A stretch of 64,000 nucleotides of DNA from Armatimonadota bacterium (GTDB lineage Bacteria > Armatimonadota > Hebobacteria > CAIYQO01): the NCBI GenBank assembly GCA_038248345.1, contig JBBRXO010000005.1, forward strand, positions 94 to 64,093. Direction: 5' to 3'. The notes beneath the pieces were generated by a model that saw nothing but the letters and a program-made list of their open reading frames with translations, ran no database searches and had not been told where the DNA came from. The position numbers and the translations under genes are program-made. Below are positions 20,105 through 31,912 of the stretch, one piece after another (the first letter of the stretch is position 1; every line of letters starts with the position of its first letter).

Positions 20105-23100
20105 TTAGTTGCCGCCCACGCGGGACAGGTCGCGCTTGTTCTCTTCAAAGGCCGCCATGGTTGCTTCATCACCGCTCAATCCAGATTTGAGGACACGTTT
20201 CATCGCCCCCAATACCCGTTTGTAGTCTTTGGGGATGACCTTGATGAAATTCGGTAATGATTCATCCCAATTGGCGAGGATATTCTTCGCCACGGTACTT
20301 CCTGTACATTCTGCATGGGTTGCGATCATCAGCTGCAACTCTGCGATATCTTCCTCACTCAGGGGATCGAGGTCAACCATCTGCTTGTTACACAGGTTTT
20401 CAAAATCATAGTTTACATCCAGGATATATGCGATGCCACCGGACATGCCAGCGGCAAAGTTGCGCCCAGTTGGGCCCAATATTACCGCACGACCGCCGGT
20501 CATATATTCACAACCGTGGTCACCGATGCCTTCTACTACTGCACGCACGCCGGAGTTGCGTACGCAGAAGCGTTCGCCCGCCAGCCCACGGATATAGGCT
20601 TCTCCGGAGGTGGCGCCATAGAAGGCTACATTGCCAATGAGGATGTTCTCTTCTGGTACGAAGGTGGCGTCTTTGGGCGGGTAGATGATAATTTTACCGC
20701 CTGAAAGCCCTTTGCCCAGATAGTCGTTTACATCACCTTCCAAAGTCAGCGTGATGCCATTAGGAACGAAAGCCCCAAAGCTCTGCCCGGCGCAACCGGT
20801 GAATTTCAGATTAATCGTATCTTCCGGCAAGCCTGCTTCGCCATATTTGCGCGTAACTTCGCTTCCGAGAATTGTACCCACCACGCGGTTGACGTTGCGG
20901 ATATTGACGCAGGCGGTCACTTTCTCGCCATTTTCTAACGCTGGTGCGCAGATATCTAGTAGGCTGGTGTTGTCTAGTGCCTGCTCCAGGTTGTGATTTT
21001 GCTTCTCCGTACAATAGTGACCTACTTCCGGCCCGACTTCAGGTTGAAATAGAATTGCAGAAACATCAACGCCTTTAGCCTTCCAGTGGTCAATGCCTTC
21101 TCGCAGGCTGAGTTTGTTGGTCTGTCCGATCATCTCATTGATAGAACGGAAACCGAGTTTTGCCATCAGCTCGCGCATCTCTTGCGCAACGAAGTGCATG
21201 TAGTTGACTAGATGTGCCGGGTTGCCGCGGAAGCAACTACGTAATTGTGGGTTCTGTGTCGCTACTCCCACTGGACAGGTGTCCAGGTTGCAGACGCGCA
21301 TCATGACACAGCCGAGTATAATCAGTGGCGCAGTCGCGAACCCATATTCTTCGGCTCCCAGCAGTGCTGCTATGACTACGTCTCGACCGGTGAGCAGCTT
21401 GCCATCGGTTTCTAATACCACGCGGCTACGCAGGTTGTTGAGGAGTAATGTCTGGTGCGTTTCGGCCAGGCCCAGCTCCCAGGGCAACCCTACATAGCGT
21501 ACACTGGAGTACGGGGAAGCTCCCGTGCCGCCGTCATGCCCACTGATGAGGATGACATCGGCATGTGCTTTGGCTACACCGGCCGCGATGGTGCCGACGC
21601 CTACTTCGGCCACCAATTTGACGTTAATACGCGCTTGTTGATTGGCGTTCTTCAGGTCGTGGATCAACTCCGCCAGATCCTCAATTGAGTAAATATCATG
21701 GTGTGGGGGAGGGGATATCAAGCCCACGCCCGGGGTAGAGTGGCGTACCTTCGCTATCCACGGGTAGACTTTTGAACCAGGAAGCTGGCCGCCTTCGCCG
21801 GGTTTGGCACCCTGTGCCATCTTGATCTGTATCTCTTCGGCATGCACCAGATAGTTACTGGTGACGCCAAAACGCCCGGAGGCTACCTGCTTGATGGCAG
21901 AACAGCGCGAGTCGCCGTTGGCATCGGGAGTAAAGCGGGCGATATCCTCGCCACCTTCGCCGGTGTTGCTCTTGCCGCCCACGCGATTCATGGCGATAGC
22001 CAGTGCCTCGTGCGCTTCCTGGCTAATGGAGCCGTAGGACATGGCACCGGTATTAAAGCGCTTGCAGATGGCTTCAACCGACTCAACTTCTTCAATGGGT
22101 ACTGGGTTAGCGGAGAAGTTGAACTCCAACAGGCTGCGTAATGTTGAGAGCTTGCCTTGTCCGCTGTTGACGATCTCGGAGTATTCCTTAAAGCGGGCAT
22201 AATCGTTTGTACTGCAGGAGGTCTGCAGTTTGGCTACCATCTCTGGATTGAAGAGGTGGTATTCGCCGTCCTTTCGCCATTGGTAATAACCACCGCTATC
22301 AAGTGTGTCAGTGTCTGCCTGACGTGGGTTGAAAGCGCGCTGATGGCGTATAATTGCTTCACGGGCAATCTCTTCCATACCGATGCCTTCAATGCGAGAG
22401 GCAGTGCCAGCGAAGTAGGCACAGATAACTTCCTGCTTGATGCCGACAGCTTCAAAAATTTGTGCGCCGCGATAGCTCTGGATAGTACTGATGCCCATCT
22501 TTGACTGCGTTTTTACGATGCCTTTGACGCCCGCCTTGATGTACTTTGCCACCGCTTCCTCGTGAGTTGTTTTGATGAGTAAACCAGTTTTGATCAGGTC
22601 ATCTATAGACTCAAAAGCCAGGTAAGGATTGATAGCGCATGCACCGTATCCGACCAACAGTGAGAAATGCTGCACTTCACGTGGTTCGCCACTCTCCAAT
22701 ACCAAACCAACTCGTGTACGCGTCTCTTCACGGATGAGGTGATGGTGTACTGCCGCCATTGCCAGCAACGCGGGAATGGCGCAGTGGGTAGCGTCTACTC
22801 CACGGTCAGAGAGGATGATAATATTTGTTCCGGACTCAATTTGCCGGCTAGCTTCAGCGCACAACTCGGCAAGAGCCTTTTCCATCCCCGCTCCTCCCGT
22901 GGTGGGATCGAAGAGTATTGGTAAGGTTGCCGCTTTGAAACCGGGCATATCGATATGGCGTAGGCGTAGCAATTCATCATTGGTGAGGATCGGATACTTC
23001 AGTTTGATCTGCTTACAGCTCTCCGCTTGGGGATCGAGTAAATTCCGCTCTGGCCCTAGTGTAGTAGCTGTAGAGGTGACGATTTCTTCGCGGATGGCGT

Positions 23101-24706
23101 CAACCGGTGGGTTAGTCACCTGCGCAAAGAGTTGCTTGAAGTAAGTGTAAAGCAGTTGCGGCTTGTCGCTCAGCACAGCCAATGGAGCGTCATTGCCCAT
23201 CGCGCCGACCGGATCCACACCGTCGCGTGCCATTGGGGCAACCATGAAGCGCAAGTCCTCATAGGTATAGCCGAAAGCCTGCTGACGCTTAAGCACAGTG
23301 GTGTGATGTGGTTTTACCACATGGGTGGTAGCGGGCACTTTTTCCAGCGGTACTAAATGCTCATCGAGCCACGCGCGATATGGGTGTTCGGCGGCGGCGG
23401 AGTTCTTGATCTCTTCGTCGCCGATGATACGACCAGCTGCCGTGTCGATGAGGAACATACGGCCTGGCTGCAGGCGGCCTTTGTAGGCGATCTGGTCGGC
23501 GGGGATATCCAGTACACCTACTTCCGATGCCATTACCACCAGATCGTCTTTTGTTACGTAATAACGGGAAGGGCGTAAGCCGTTACGGTCGAGTACCGCT
23601 CCTACGGTGACACCATCAGTGAAGGCCATAGAGGCGGGGCCGTCCCATGGTTCCATCAGACAACTGTGGAACTCATAGAAGGCTTTCTTCTCGGCACTCA
23701 TGCTCTCATGGTTCGCCCATGGTTCTGGTACCATCATCATCGCCGCCAGCGAAAGCGGTCGCCCGGCCAGCGCGAGGAACTCCAGGCAGTTATCGAACAT
23801 CGAGGAGTCAGAGCCTTCCTCGTCAACGATGGGGAATAATTTCTGCATATCCTCGCCAAAGAGCGGGGATTCCAGTAATGATTCGCGGGCGTGCATCCAG
23901 TTGACGTTGCCACGAAGTGTGTTAATTTCGCCGTTATGGATAACGTAGCGGTTAGGATGCGCACGCTCCCAACTGGGGAAGGTGTTTGTGCTAAAGCGGG
24001 AATGTACCAGCGCCAGTGCCGTGTCCATACGCTCATCACTTAACTCTGGGTAGAACTCTTCCACTTGTTCGGGGGTGAGCATGCCCTTATAGACGATGGT
24101 GCGCGCGGAAAGACTGGGGAAATAGAAGTATTCGCCGCCCGGCACCCGCGCGTGGCGGATGGTGTTCTCGGCGCGTTTGCGGATGATATAAAGTTTGCGC
24201 TCGAAGGCCTCAACGCTGGTGATATCAGCGGAGCGGGCGATGAAGATTTGCCGTACACAGGGTTCAGTGCAGATAGCGGTGTTACCTAAGGTGCTGTTGT
24301 CCGTCGGTACCGTGCGCCAGCCAAGTACTAATTGCCCTTCCTCGCGGATAATCTCCTCTAGCATCGCTTCATTTTCGGCACGAAGTGATTCGTCAGGAGT
24401 GATGTAAAGCATCCCCACACCGTAGGCACCGGCCTCGGGTAGCGTGAATGGAAGTACCTCACGGAAGAAAATGTCGGGAATCTGGAAGAGCACCCCTGCG
24501 CCGTCGCCGGTATTCGGCTCCGCACCTCGCGCTCCACGGTGATCAAGGTTGATCAGCACCGTCAGCGCTTGTTTCAGGATGCTATGGGATTTTTTGCCTT
24601 TGATATTAACGACAAAACCGACGCCACAGGCGTCGTGTTCCAACTTCGGATTATAAAGCCCCTGTTGCGGGGGCATTCCCACGGGAGTCATGTGTAATAT
24701 GCTCAC
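20105..24706 (-). CDS. gltB: Glutamate synthase large subunit (GltB, 1533 aa)
   Basis: N-terminal amidotransferase (EHDACGVGF), FMN/3Fe-4S central domain and the C-terminal GXGXG domain. Start is ambiguous: GTG at 24706, ATG at 24691 or ATG at 24676. Confidence 0.9.
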   Translation of the reverse strand: MSILHMTPVGMPPQQGLYNPKLEHDACGVGFVVNIKGKKSHSILKQALTVLINLDHRGARGAEPNTGDGAGVLFQIPDIFFREVLPFTLPEAGAYGVGMLYITPDESLRAENEAMLEEIIREEGQLVLGWRTVPTDNSTLGNTAICTEPCVRQIFIARSADITSVEAFERKLYIIRKRAENTIRHARVPGGEYFYFPSLSARTIVYKGMLTPEQVEEFYPELSDERMDTALALVHSRFSTNTFPSWERAHPNRYVIHNGEINTLRGNVNWMHARESLLESPLFGEDMQKLFPIVDEEGSDSSMFDNCLEFLALAGRPLSLAAMMMVPEPWANHESMSAEKKAFYEFHSCLMEPWDGPASMAFTDGVTVGAVLDRNGLRPSRYYVTKDDLVVMASEVGVLDIPADQIAYKGRLQPGRMFLIDTAAGRIIGDEEIKNSAAAEHPYRAWLDEHLVPLEKVPATTHVVKPHHTTVLKRQQAFGYTYEDLRFMVAPMARDGVDPVGAMGNDAPLAVLSDKPQLLYTYFKQLFAQVTNPPVDAIREEIVTSTATTLGPERNLLDPQAESCKQIKLKYPILTNDELLRLRHIDMPGFKAATLPILFDPTTGGAGMEKALAELCAEASRQIESGTNIIILSDRGVDATHCAIPALLAMAAVHHHLIREETRTRVGLVLESGEPREVQHFSLLVGYGACAINPYLAFESIDDLIKTGLLIKTTHEEAVAKYIKAGVKGIVKTQSKMGISTIQSYRGAQIFEAVGIKQEVICAYFAGTASRIEGIGMEEIAREAIIRHQRAFNPRQADTDTLDSGGYYQWRKDGEYHLFNPEMVAKLQTSCSTNDYARFKEYSEIVNSGQGKLSTLRSLLEFNFSANPVPIEEVESVEAICKRFNTGAMSYGSISQEAHEALAIAMNRVGGKSNTGEGGEDIARFTPDANGDSRCSAIKQVASGRFGVTSNYLVHAEEIQIKMAQGAKPGEGGQLPGSKVYPWIAKVRHSTPGVGLISPPPHHDIYSIEDLAELIHDLKNANQQARINVKLVAEVGVGTIAAGVAKAHADVILISGHDGGTGASPYSSVRYVGLPWELGLAETHQTLLLNNLRSRVVLETDGKLLTGRDVVIAALLGAEEYGFATAPLIILGCVMMRVCNLDTCPVGVATQNPQLRSCFRGNPAHLVNYMHFVAQEMRELMAKLGFRSINEMIGQTNKLSLREGIDHWKAKGVDVSAILFQPEVGPEVGHYCTEKQNHNLEQALDNTSLLDICAPALENGEKVTACVNIRNVNRVVGTILGSEVTRKYGEAGLPEDTINLKFTGCAGQSFGAFVPNGITLTLEGDVNDYLGKGLSGGKIIIYPPKDATFVPEENILIGNVAFYGATSGEAYIRGLAGERFCVRNSGVRAVVEGIGDHGCEYMTGGRAVILGPTGRNFAAGMSGGIAYILDVNYDFENLCNKQMVDLDPLSEEDIAELQLMIATHAECTGSTVAKNILANWDESLPNFIKVIPKDYKRVLGAMKRVLKSGLSGDEATMAAFEENKRDLSRVGGN

Positions 24707-24737
24707 TTTCGAGTTATCATTTATTTCGTTTTACGCA

Positions 24738-24749
24738 CTGATGCATCAG
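24738..24749. promoter_or_regulatory. Perfect 12-bp palindrome CTGATGCATCAG upstream of gltB
   Basis: Lies 32-43 nt upstream of the gltB start, in the gltB / GH65 divergent intergenic region. Candidate operator. Confidence 0.25.
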
Positions 24750-25057
24750 CAGACACGATTTTACACTAACAACGGGAACATTGGGACGTAAAATGCCTTG
24801 CGGCGAGGAAACGAACCTGCACGTTGCCAACCCAAAATCACACGCGGCTAACACCGGGCGCTTCCCATAATAATAACAAATTTTTAACGAGATTGCTACT
24901 AGGTTATGAATGAGATGAAATAGTGGAGGGTGAGCTGATATTAATACGTTAGCTATTCCTCCCCATCTGCAATTCCTGCTATAATTGCTACCATGCCAAT
25001 TACCAAATTAATCTGGCAGGTGGCAAAGCCCTCGAATTGATTATAAAGGAGTTCACG

Positions 25058-27337
25058 ATGAGTAAGCAATACTTCATGCCAGAAGAGTGGGCGGTGACAG
25101 AAGATCACTTTCAGCCCCATCTTAACCGGTTTATGGAGACAATTTTCTTTACCGGTAATGGTTATATCGGTCTGCGCGGCGTTCCGGAAGAAGGGGCGCC
25201 AGCAGCGTTGTCAACGCCATATAACTATCTGGCGCCGATCTATGACCTGATCGAGGCCACATCTAATGTCCATGTACGAAATGTTACCCACTGCTCAACG
25301 AATGTTGCCTGCGCCAACTGGTATGGTATGGCTATTGAGCTTGCTGGCGAAGTATTTGACCTATATACCGGCAAAGTACTCTCCTATCGCCGTACACTGG
25401 ACATGCATACAGCTACTGTGACGCGTGAATTGGTCTGGGAAGATACACTGGGCCACCAGACGGCACTATCCTTCACACGCTTTGTCAGCATGCATGATCG
25501 GCATTATGCCGGGTTGGCGGTAGATATCCGCCCGTTGAATTGGGCAGGCACAGTTGCTGTGGCGACTACTATTGATGCTACTGATGTAAATGAGCAACAG
25601 ATCACTGCGACTGAAGAGTTGCCCGATGGTGGTTTACTTTGTACTCGCACATACGTTACCGGCTTTGATACCGCCACGGCTATGCGCGCCCGCCTGGTGG
25701 GAGCGGAGGCTGGGGTGACGACTGCATCAGCGGAAAAACTGGTTACAACACATTTTTCGGCTACAGCAGAGCAGGGGCAACAACTACGCGTCGAGAAGAT
25801 CGTTGCCGTATGCACATCGCGTGACAATGATGAAGCACCAGCACGGGAACGCGCACTTGCTATGGTGAACACCGGCTTTGCTACCGGTTTTGCCGCGCTG
25901 CACAAAAGTCATGCAGCAGCAGTGGCGCAGATATGGCAAGATGGCGATGTTGCCATTACCGGTAATCCTACCGCACAACAGGGAATTCGTTTTTGTATCC
26001 TGAATATGCATCAGAGCTACGCCGGTACTGATCCACATGTAAACATGGCGGCGAAAGGCCTGACTGGCCCCGGCTATGGCGGTCTCTATTGGTGGGATTC
26101 AGAGATATACATGATGCCGTTTTTCCTCTTCACTGCCCCCGAGAAAGCGCGGCAGCTGGTGTTGTATCGCTTCCTGACATTGGAAGGCGCTCGTAATAAG
26201 GCGCGTTTCCTTGGCTTCGAAGGTGCCATGTTCCCCTGGGTTACTATCGACGGCGAGGAGCGCTCGGGCGACTGGGAATATGGCCTGCTGGAGCAGCATG
26301 TCACCGCAGGTGTGGCACAGGCGGTACAGATGTATGTTGAGGTGAGCGGTGACGAAGAGTTTATGTGGAAATACGGCGTCGAATTGCTGATCGAGACGAG
26401 TCGTTTCTGGGCGAGTCGTGTAACTTACAGCGAGCGCAAAGGGAAATATGTCATCAACTTCATCACCGGGCCGGATGAGTATTCTGTCGCGGTGGACAAT
26501 AATTGCTATACCAATTATATGGCCCGGATGAACATGGAATATGCCATTGAAGCAGTGCGGCGTATGCAGGAAGAATGCCCGGCAGAGTGGGCGGCGCTGG
26601 CGGAGAAGTTGCAGCTACGCCCCGAGGAACTGGTACGCTGGGACAAGGTTGCCGCTGACATGTATATTCCGTATGACGAGGCGCTGGGAGTACTGGAGCA
26701 GGATGACAACTTCCTGGACAGAGATCCGGTAGTCTGGCGCGACGTGCCGCCCGAACAGAAGCCCACTTCCAAATGGAATTGGGATCGTTTGATGCGTTCG
26801 CAGGCCATCAAGCAAGCGGATGTGTTGTTGCTGCAGTTCATCAAGCATGAGATGTTCGACATAGAGAGCAAACGGCGTAACTACCTCTATTATGAGCCTA
26901 AGACTACTCATGAATCTTCACTCAGCCCGTGCATACACGCGATAATCGCTGCGGAAATTGGGCTGGAGCAGGACGCCTTCAACTATTACTTGCGCTCCTC
27001 CCGCCTTGATCTGGATGATGTAAACGGCAATACGGATGAGGGATTGCACACCGCCAATACGGCGGGTAGCTGGCTCTGCATCGTCAGTGGCTTCGTAGGG
27101 ATGCGCCAGACACGTGGTCGGTTAAGCTTCACCCCGCACTTACCGGCAGAGTGGCAAAAGTTGGCCTTCTCCATGACCTTCCTGGGCCGCCGCCTGAATA
27201 TCGCCATGACAGCAGAAAAGCTAAGCATCACCCTGCTCTCCGGTGCCCCCATGACAGTCACCGTCTCCGGTGACCCCGTCGCACTGCAACTAGGCGAAAC
27301 GAGTGACATCTTGACCGTTAGTTCAGCAGGCAAGTAG
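25058..27337 (+). CDS. Glycoside hydrolase family 65 disaccharide phosphorylase (kojibiose/trehalose/maltose phosphorylase type)
   Basis: GH65 architecture (N-terminal beta-sandwich, (alpha/alpha)6 catalytic domain). ATG at 25058 is preceded by AAGGAG. Confidence 0.8.
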   Translation: MSKQYFMPEEWAVTEDHFQPHLNRFMETIFFTGNGYIGLRGVPEEGAPAALSTPYNYLAPIYDLIEATSNVHVRNVTHCSTNVACANWYGMAIELAGEVFDLYTGKVLSYRRTLDMHTATVTRELVWEDTLGHQTALSFTRFVSMHDRHYAGLAVDIRPLNWAGTVAVATTIDATDVNEQQITATEELPDGGLLCTRTYVTGFDTATAMRARLVGAEAGVTTASAEKLVTTHFSATAEQGQQLRVEKIVAVCTSRDNDEAPARERALAMVNTGFATGFAALHKSHAAAVAQIWQDGDVAITGNPTAQQGIRFCILNMHQSYAGTDPHVNMAAKGLTGPGYGGLYWWDSEIYMMPFFLFTAPEKARQLVLYRFLTLEGARNKARFLGFEGAMFPWVTIDGEERSGDWEYGLLEQHVTAGVAQAVQMYVEVSGDEEFMWKYGVELLIETSRFWASRVTYSERKGKYVINFITGPDEYSVAVDNNCYTNYMARMNMEYAIEAVRRMQEECPAEWAALAEKLQLRPEELVRWDKVAADMYIPYDEALGVLEQDDNFLDRDPVVWRDVPPEQKPTSKWNWDRLMRSQAIKQADVLLLQFIKHEMFDIESKRRNYLYYEPKTTHESSLSPCIHAIIAAEIGLEQDAFNYYLRSSRLDLDDVNGNTDEGLHTANTAGSWLCIVSGFVGMRQTRGRLSFTPHLPAEWQKLAFSMTFLGRRLNIAMTAEKLSITLLSGAPMTVTVSGDPVALQLGETSDILTVSSAGK

Positions 27338-27364
27338 GGCCAATACTCGATAGCAGTGAGAAAT

Positions 27365-27403
27365 AATGCAGCCCGGTAGCGTTTAACGTTACCGGGCTGC
27401 ATT
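27365..27403. terminator. Bidirectional hairpin between the two convergent GH65 genes
   Basis: AATGCAGCCCGGTA-gcgtttaacg-TTACCGGGCTGCATT. Confidence 0.7.
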
Positions 27404-27427
27404 GTATGGGAGATCATCTTCAAGTTG

Positions 27428-30421
27428 CTATTGTCCGGCTACTTCACTTGCGATATGTACCTGATCACCGGGCTGGAGGGTGAGGCGCTGGCCGCTGACG
27501 ACTGCGGGCAGGGGCTGGGCCGTGGCGGCGTTGGTTACGGTGACGCCCTGGTGCGTGATATCAACGGTGAAATGCGCGCCATGCCATTGGAGCGAGAAGC
27601 GCAGGCGTTGCCAATCGGCAGGCAGGTTTGGTGCAATGAGGAAGTGATCGCCTTGCGGACGGGAACCGCCGTATCCGCGTACCAGCGACACCCAGTTCAT
27701 GCCGTTGGCGGCCATGTGTGCGCCTTTTCCAGTGTTGCCCAGTTCATCGCTTAAGTCCATGCTCAATGATTGGCGGATATATTTGTCGGCGGTAGCGGCC
27801 AGGCCTAATTCGCTGGCGAGCAACCCGTGTACTGCATGGCTCAAGGAAGATAAATGGATAGTACGTGGTTCATAATAGGCGAGGTTGGCGTTCTTTACGG
27901 CATCATCCCATTGATCAGGTAGTAGGTAAAGCATCATGATGACGTCGGCTTGCTTCACTGTCTGCGTATTGAAGATATCGGTGATCTCTTCTTCGTTCCC
28001 GATTTCGTCGCGCAGGGCAAAGAAGCCCGCGCATTGCTCGAACAAGCCATCGGGTTGCTGCATCGTTTTGATGCGTGCCGGGTAGGTGCTAATAGCGGTT
28101 AGCTCTGCTAGGGTAATGCCAGTGCGTGCAGTGATATCCGCCAGCTTGGCGGGGGCGTGCTCCTGCAGGTAGGCGATGGCCCGGTTAGCCGCGTGCAGAT
28201 TATAGATGGCCAGATTATTAACGTAGGCGCTGTCGGTGCTGACGATGTGGAATTCGTCCGGCCCCCCGGCGTCCGGGATGGACACCATGTCGCCATCAAC
28301 CACCGCTTTGCTCACCCAGAAACGTGCCGTCTCCATGAATACCTCGGCGGCGCAGTTGATATAGAACTCCATATCGCCGGTGATATCGACGTACTGCTGC
28401 AGGGCATACGCCACATCGGCGGAGATATGCACCTGATGCGTGATGAGCTTGAGGAAGCGCTCGCACTCTTCATCACCGCTGATGCCGGTTTCCCAGGGGA
28501 ATTCTGCGCCCATATGCTTATAGTGTGCCGCTTTGCGGCGGGCGCCGTCTAGTGTCAGATAGCGAAACATCGCCAAGTTGCGGGCAATAGTAGGCTGGGT
28601 GAAGTTGAAGAACGGCGTCATATGGATATCGGTGTCCCAGAAGACCATACCGCGATAGCCGATACCGCTCAACGATTTTGCGGCGATGGAGACGCCGGGA
28701 TCATCATGCGACCCGGCGATAAGCAAGTGGTAGATGCTGAAGCGAGCGCCCAGCTGATCTTTCAGATTACCATCGATTTGAACATCAGAATCCAACCAGT
28801 ATTGCTGCCATTGGGCGGTGGAGGCTATGCGTGCCTGCCCGAAGGGTAGTGTGGACATCGTCTCCGAAATAGCCTGCTGCACCCTCGCCAGCGGATCTGC
28901 GTGGCGTCTGCCCGTCGCTACTATGGCGGTTCGCTCTACGTATAGCAGTTGACCTTGCTCCACTTGCACTTCGGTGCAGATAGTAATGCAGTGATCTTCC
29001 TGTTGCATTTGATATTTGGCGGTAGGACGATCCAGCACCTGGGTGCCGGAGGCAAACGCCGCCGTCATCCCGGCGTGCCGACCTTTAATTGCCATAGTGA
29101 CTGCCTGTTCACCGATTGAATCCATAGTTAGAATATCAAATGCGGCACTATGGTTATCATTAGGCGTCGCTGGCTCGGACAGGATATACCGGGCATCAAT
29201 GCCACCCTGAATAGCAAGGGTACCGGAGCAATTGAGCGGTTCTATCTCATACTGCGCGAAGACTCGTTCCGTCTGGCGCATATCTGCAAAACGCCGTTGG
29301 GTGAAGCGCAGTTCGTTGCCAGTAGGCGACACCCAGTGTACCGCAGTGGTGAACATGCCGCTGCGCATATCGAGACTCCGAGTGAATTTCTCTATTTTTC
29401 CGGTGGTGAAATCAATCGCTTCACCGTTGAGCGCCCAGGTCGTATGGAGGAAGCTCGGACAGTCGATCAGGCAGACCTCTTCTCGCGGTTCGACCGCCAG
29501 TTCCGGATAACTCCAATATTTCATAAAGGGCGACCACTTCTCGGTATCAATCCCTGGCCGCAAAGTGATGTCGAAGAGGCCCGCGATAAAGATACCTGGC
29601 CGCGAGCTAACGGGCAATTCCGCCAGCGTACCGCGTAGGCCAATTTCGCCATTGCCAATGCAGAAGACGGTCTGCAGTGACTCTTCCCTTTTTTCGTCAT
29701 ATGCACCATCGCGCACGATCGTCCAGGTATCGCTCCGCCAATCGGCTTGTAACTCCTGCAGGCGCGCAACAGTTAGTTCTTCCAGGCTATTCACAAAAAG
29801 GTGGCAGTGTTGTAGCGAGTCGTATGAACCCATGCCAACGGTGACGAAACCGCCATCTAATGCCGCATTGATGCCCGCCGCCGCATCTTCCACGACGATA
29901 CACTCTGCCGGGGTGGCCCCGACCATCTGCGCTCCGCAGAGGAAGACATCTGGATGTGGCTTGCCATGTGTATAGACGAAACCATCAGCCACAGCATCGA
30001 AAAAGTCGGCTATGCCCAAGCTTTCCAGCACCGGGCGCGCGTTTTTGCTGGCGGAACCGAGCACAATGGCAATGCCCGCGTTGTGCAAATTATTGAAGAG
30101 GTCAAGGACGCCCGGGTACAGGTCATCCGCACATATACCTTTGATAGCATCCAGGTAGCACGCATTTTTGCGTTCACCCAATGCAAGAAGCTCTTCATCG
30201 TTGAATTTCGAGACGTTCTCTCCCAGAGCAATTTTTAATGACGCTAGCCGGGATATCCCGCGTACTTGCTCTTCCAGGTCGATAGGCGGTTCATATCCCT
30301 GGCTCCGTACCAGGTCGGCCCACGCCTGTGCATGGAATTTTGAGGTGCTGACCAGTACGCCATCCAAGTCAAAGATGACGGCTTTTAATGGTGAAAAGGC
30401 AGGCATTATTGTGTCCCCCAT
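27428..30421 (-). CDS. Fusion protein: N-terminal beta-phosphoglucomutase (HAD) + GH65 disaccharide phosphorylase
   Basis: N-terminus AVIFDLDGVLVSTSKFHAQAW (HAD motif I, beta-PGM-like, about 220 aa) followed by a full GH65 phosphorylase region. 997 aa. Confidence 0.8.
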   Translation of the reverse strand: MGDTIMPAFSPLKAVIFDLDGVLVSTSKFHAQAWADLVRSQGYEPPIDLEEQVRGISRLASLKIALGENVSKFNDEELLALGERKNACYLDAIKGICADDLYPGVLDLFNNLHNAGIAIVLGSASKNARPVLESLGIADFFDAVADGFVYTHGKPHPDVFLCGAQMVGATPAECIVVEDAAAGINAALDGGFVTVGMGSYDSLQHCHLFVNSLEELTVARLQELQADWRSDTWTIVRDGAYDEKREESLQTVFCIGNGEIGLRGTLAELPVSSRPGIFIAGLFDITLRPGIDTEKWSPFMKYWSYPELAVEPREEVCLIDCPSFLHTTWALNGEAIDFTTGKIEKFTRSLDMRSGMFTTAVHWVSPTGNELRFTQRRFADMRQTERVFAQYEIEPLNCSGTLAIQGGIDARYILSEPATPNDNHSAAFDILTMDSIGEQAVTMAIKGRHAGMTAAFASGTQVLDRPTAKYQMQQEDHCITICTEVQVEQGQLLYVERTAIVATGRRHADPLARVQQAISETMSTLPFGQARIASTAQWQQYWLDSDVQIDGNLKDQLGARFSIYHLLIAGSHDDPGVSIAAKSLSGIGYRGMVFWDTDIHMTPFFNFTQPTIARNLAMFRYLTLDGARRKAAHYKHMGAEFPWETGISGDEECERFLKLITHQVHISADVAYALQQYVDITGDMEFYINCAAEVFMETARFWVSKAVVDGDMVSIPDAGGPDEFHIVSTDSAYVNNLAIYNLHAANRAIAYLQEHAPAKLADITARTGITLAELTAISTYPARIKTMQQPDGLFEQCAGFFALRDEIGNEEEITDIFNTQTVKQADVIMMLYLLPDQWDDAVKNANLAYYEPRTIHLSSLSHAVHGLLASELGLAATADKYIRQSLSMDLSDELGNTGKGAHMAANGMNWVSLVRGYGGSRPQGDHFLIAPNLPADWQRLRFSLQWHGAHFTVDITHQGVTVTNAATAQPLPAVVSGQRLTLQPGDQVHIASEVAGQ

Positions 30422-30585
30422 AGTGTGATGAACTGTTGTGAAAAACGCAGCACGATTGAGCTAGTCATTTCGTGTTGCAATATGACAGGAGTTCTCTCCT
30501 CATATAATTATAGCACTTGGTGGTGATTCAGGCTATGGATGGCAGGGTGGTGCAAATAGCACCCCCTGTCCTTTTCGCATTGACT

Positions 30586-30629
30586 AAAAAAACGCCGTTC
30601 AGCATTAACGTTAAATGCTGAACGGCGTT
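30586..30629 (-). terminator. Rho-independent terminator downstream of tpiA
   Basis: AACGCCGTTCAGCATT-aacgtt-AAATGCTGAACGGCGTT perfect palindrome, followed on the minus strand by U7. Confidence 0.8.
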
Positions 30630-30651
30630 CTCATTTCGATTGTCGAACGTG

Positions 30652-31449
30652 CTATTTCGCGGCGACTTTTACCATCTCGGCGAAGTCGGGTTTGAGAGCA
30701 GCGCCGCCGACTAGGGCTCCGTCAATTTCTGACATGCCCATGATTTCGGCTATGTTGCCGGATGTGGCGCTTCCGCCGTATTGGATGCGGACGGCATCGG
30801 CTGCTTCGCCGCAGGCCAGGCGAACCGTTTGGCGAATGATGCCGATTACGCGGTTGCCTTCAGAGGGGTCGCATACTTTGCCGGTGCCGATAGCCCATAC
30901 TGGCTCATAGGCAATAATCATGCCAGCGATCTGTTCGGCGGTGAGGCCGTCGAGGCCGGCGGTGATCTGGCCGGAGACTACTTCATCGGTAATGCCAGCT
31001 TCACGTTCGGTCAGGGTCTCACCACAGCACATTATGGGGATCAGGCCGTTGGCGAAAGCAGCTTTGACCTTGGTGTTTACCACCACGTCATTGTCACCGA
31101 AGGCCTGCAACAATTCCGGCTTCCAATCTGCCGGTACCGCGCCGAAGCGCCCGCGACGCTCGGAATGGCCGATGATGACGTAGGTGCAACCCATGTCAAC
31201 AAGCATTGCACCGGATATCTGCCCAGTGAAGGCACCTTTGGCTTCCCAGAAGATATCCTGGGCACCCAGGGCGATGCCGCTCCCCTGTAGTGCTTCGCCG
31301 ACTGATTTGAGCAGTACATATGGTGCACAAACGCAAGCGCAAGTGGATTCATCGGCGTTGAGCGCGGCCTTCAGCTCATTCACCAGTTTGACGCCATCAG
31401 CGGTCGTCATGTTCATTTTCCAGTTCCCAGCTATTAGGGGTTTTCGCAT
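30652..31449 (-). CDS. tpiA: Triosephosphate isomerase
   Basis: MRKPLIAGNWKMN..., AYEPVWAIGTG, IQYGGS motifs. Start placed at the ATG 10 nt after GAGG; the longer ORF to 31539 is probably upstream read-through. Confidence 0.9.
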   Translation of the reverse strand: MRKPLIAGNWKMNMTTADGVKLVNELKAALNADESTCACVCAPYVLLKSVGEALQGSGIALGAQDIFWEAKGAFTGQISGAMLVDMGCTYVIIGHSERRGRFGAVPADWKPELLQAFGDNDVVVNTKVKAAFANGLIPIMCCGETLTEREAGITDEVVSGQITAGLDGLTAEQIAGMIIAYEPVWAIGTGKVCDPSEGNRVIGIIRQTVRLACGEAADAVRIQYGGSATSGNIAEIMGMSEIDGALVGGAALKPDFAEMVKVAAK

Positions 31450-31554
31450 ATTATTCATACCTCGCAGTAAATTTCCAGAAGATTTTTGGGTGTTAAGCGT
31501 TACCCTGACGCAGAAAATCGCCCCGCGTCTGAATGACACGGGGCGTCCAGCTGT

Positions 31555-31863
31555 TTAGTCTGCCACTACGAAGGGCAGTAAGGCCATATTACGCGCACGT
31601 TTTACCGCGGCCGCCACCATGCGCTGATGTTTAGCACAGGTTCCGGTCATACCACGGGATTTGATTTTCCCGCGTTCGGTTACCGTGGCGCGCAGGCGTC
31701 CGGCATCCTTGTAATCCAGTTCTTTAATATGGTCTACACAGAATTGACATACTTTGGGACGCGGGCGGCGGAAATTCCGTCCACCGGCTCCACGCTCGCG
31801 CGACGGGCGCGCCGAGTTCTCTCCGGAATTCATCTCAACTCTCTCCTCGATCGCTTCCGGCAA
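31555..31863 (-). CDS. rpsR: 30S ribosomal protein S18
   Basis: KVCQFCVDHIKELDYKD...GTCAKHQRMVAAAVKRARNMALLPF. Confidence 0.9.
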   Translation of the reverse strand: MPEAIEERVEMNSGENSARPSRERGAGGRNFRRPRPKVCQFCVDHIKELDYKDAGRLRATVTERGKIKSRGMTGTCAKHQRMVAAAVKRARNMALLPFVVAD

Positions 31864-31912
31864 TCGCCGGTTACGTTCTCCCCATGTTGGCTATATGCCA
31901 ATAATGGGGTGG

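Noticed and set aside
30652-31539. 295-aa long form of tpiA
   Set aside because: The N-terminal 30 residues lack similarity to TPI. An internal ATG (31449) with a properly spaced GAGG gives a standard-length enzyme.
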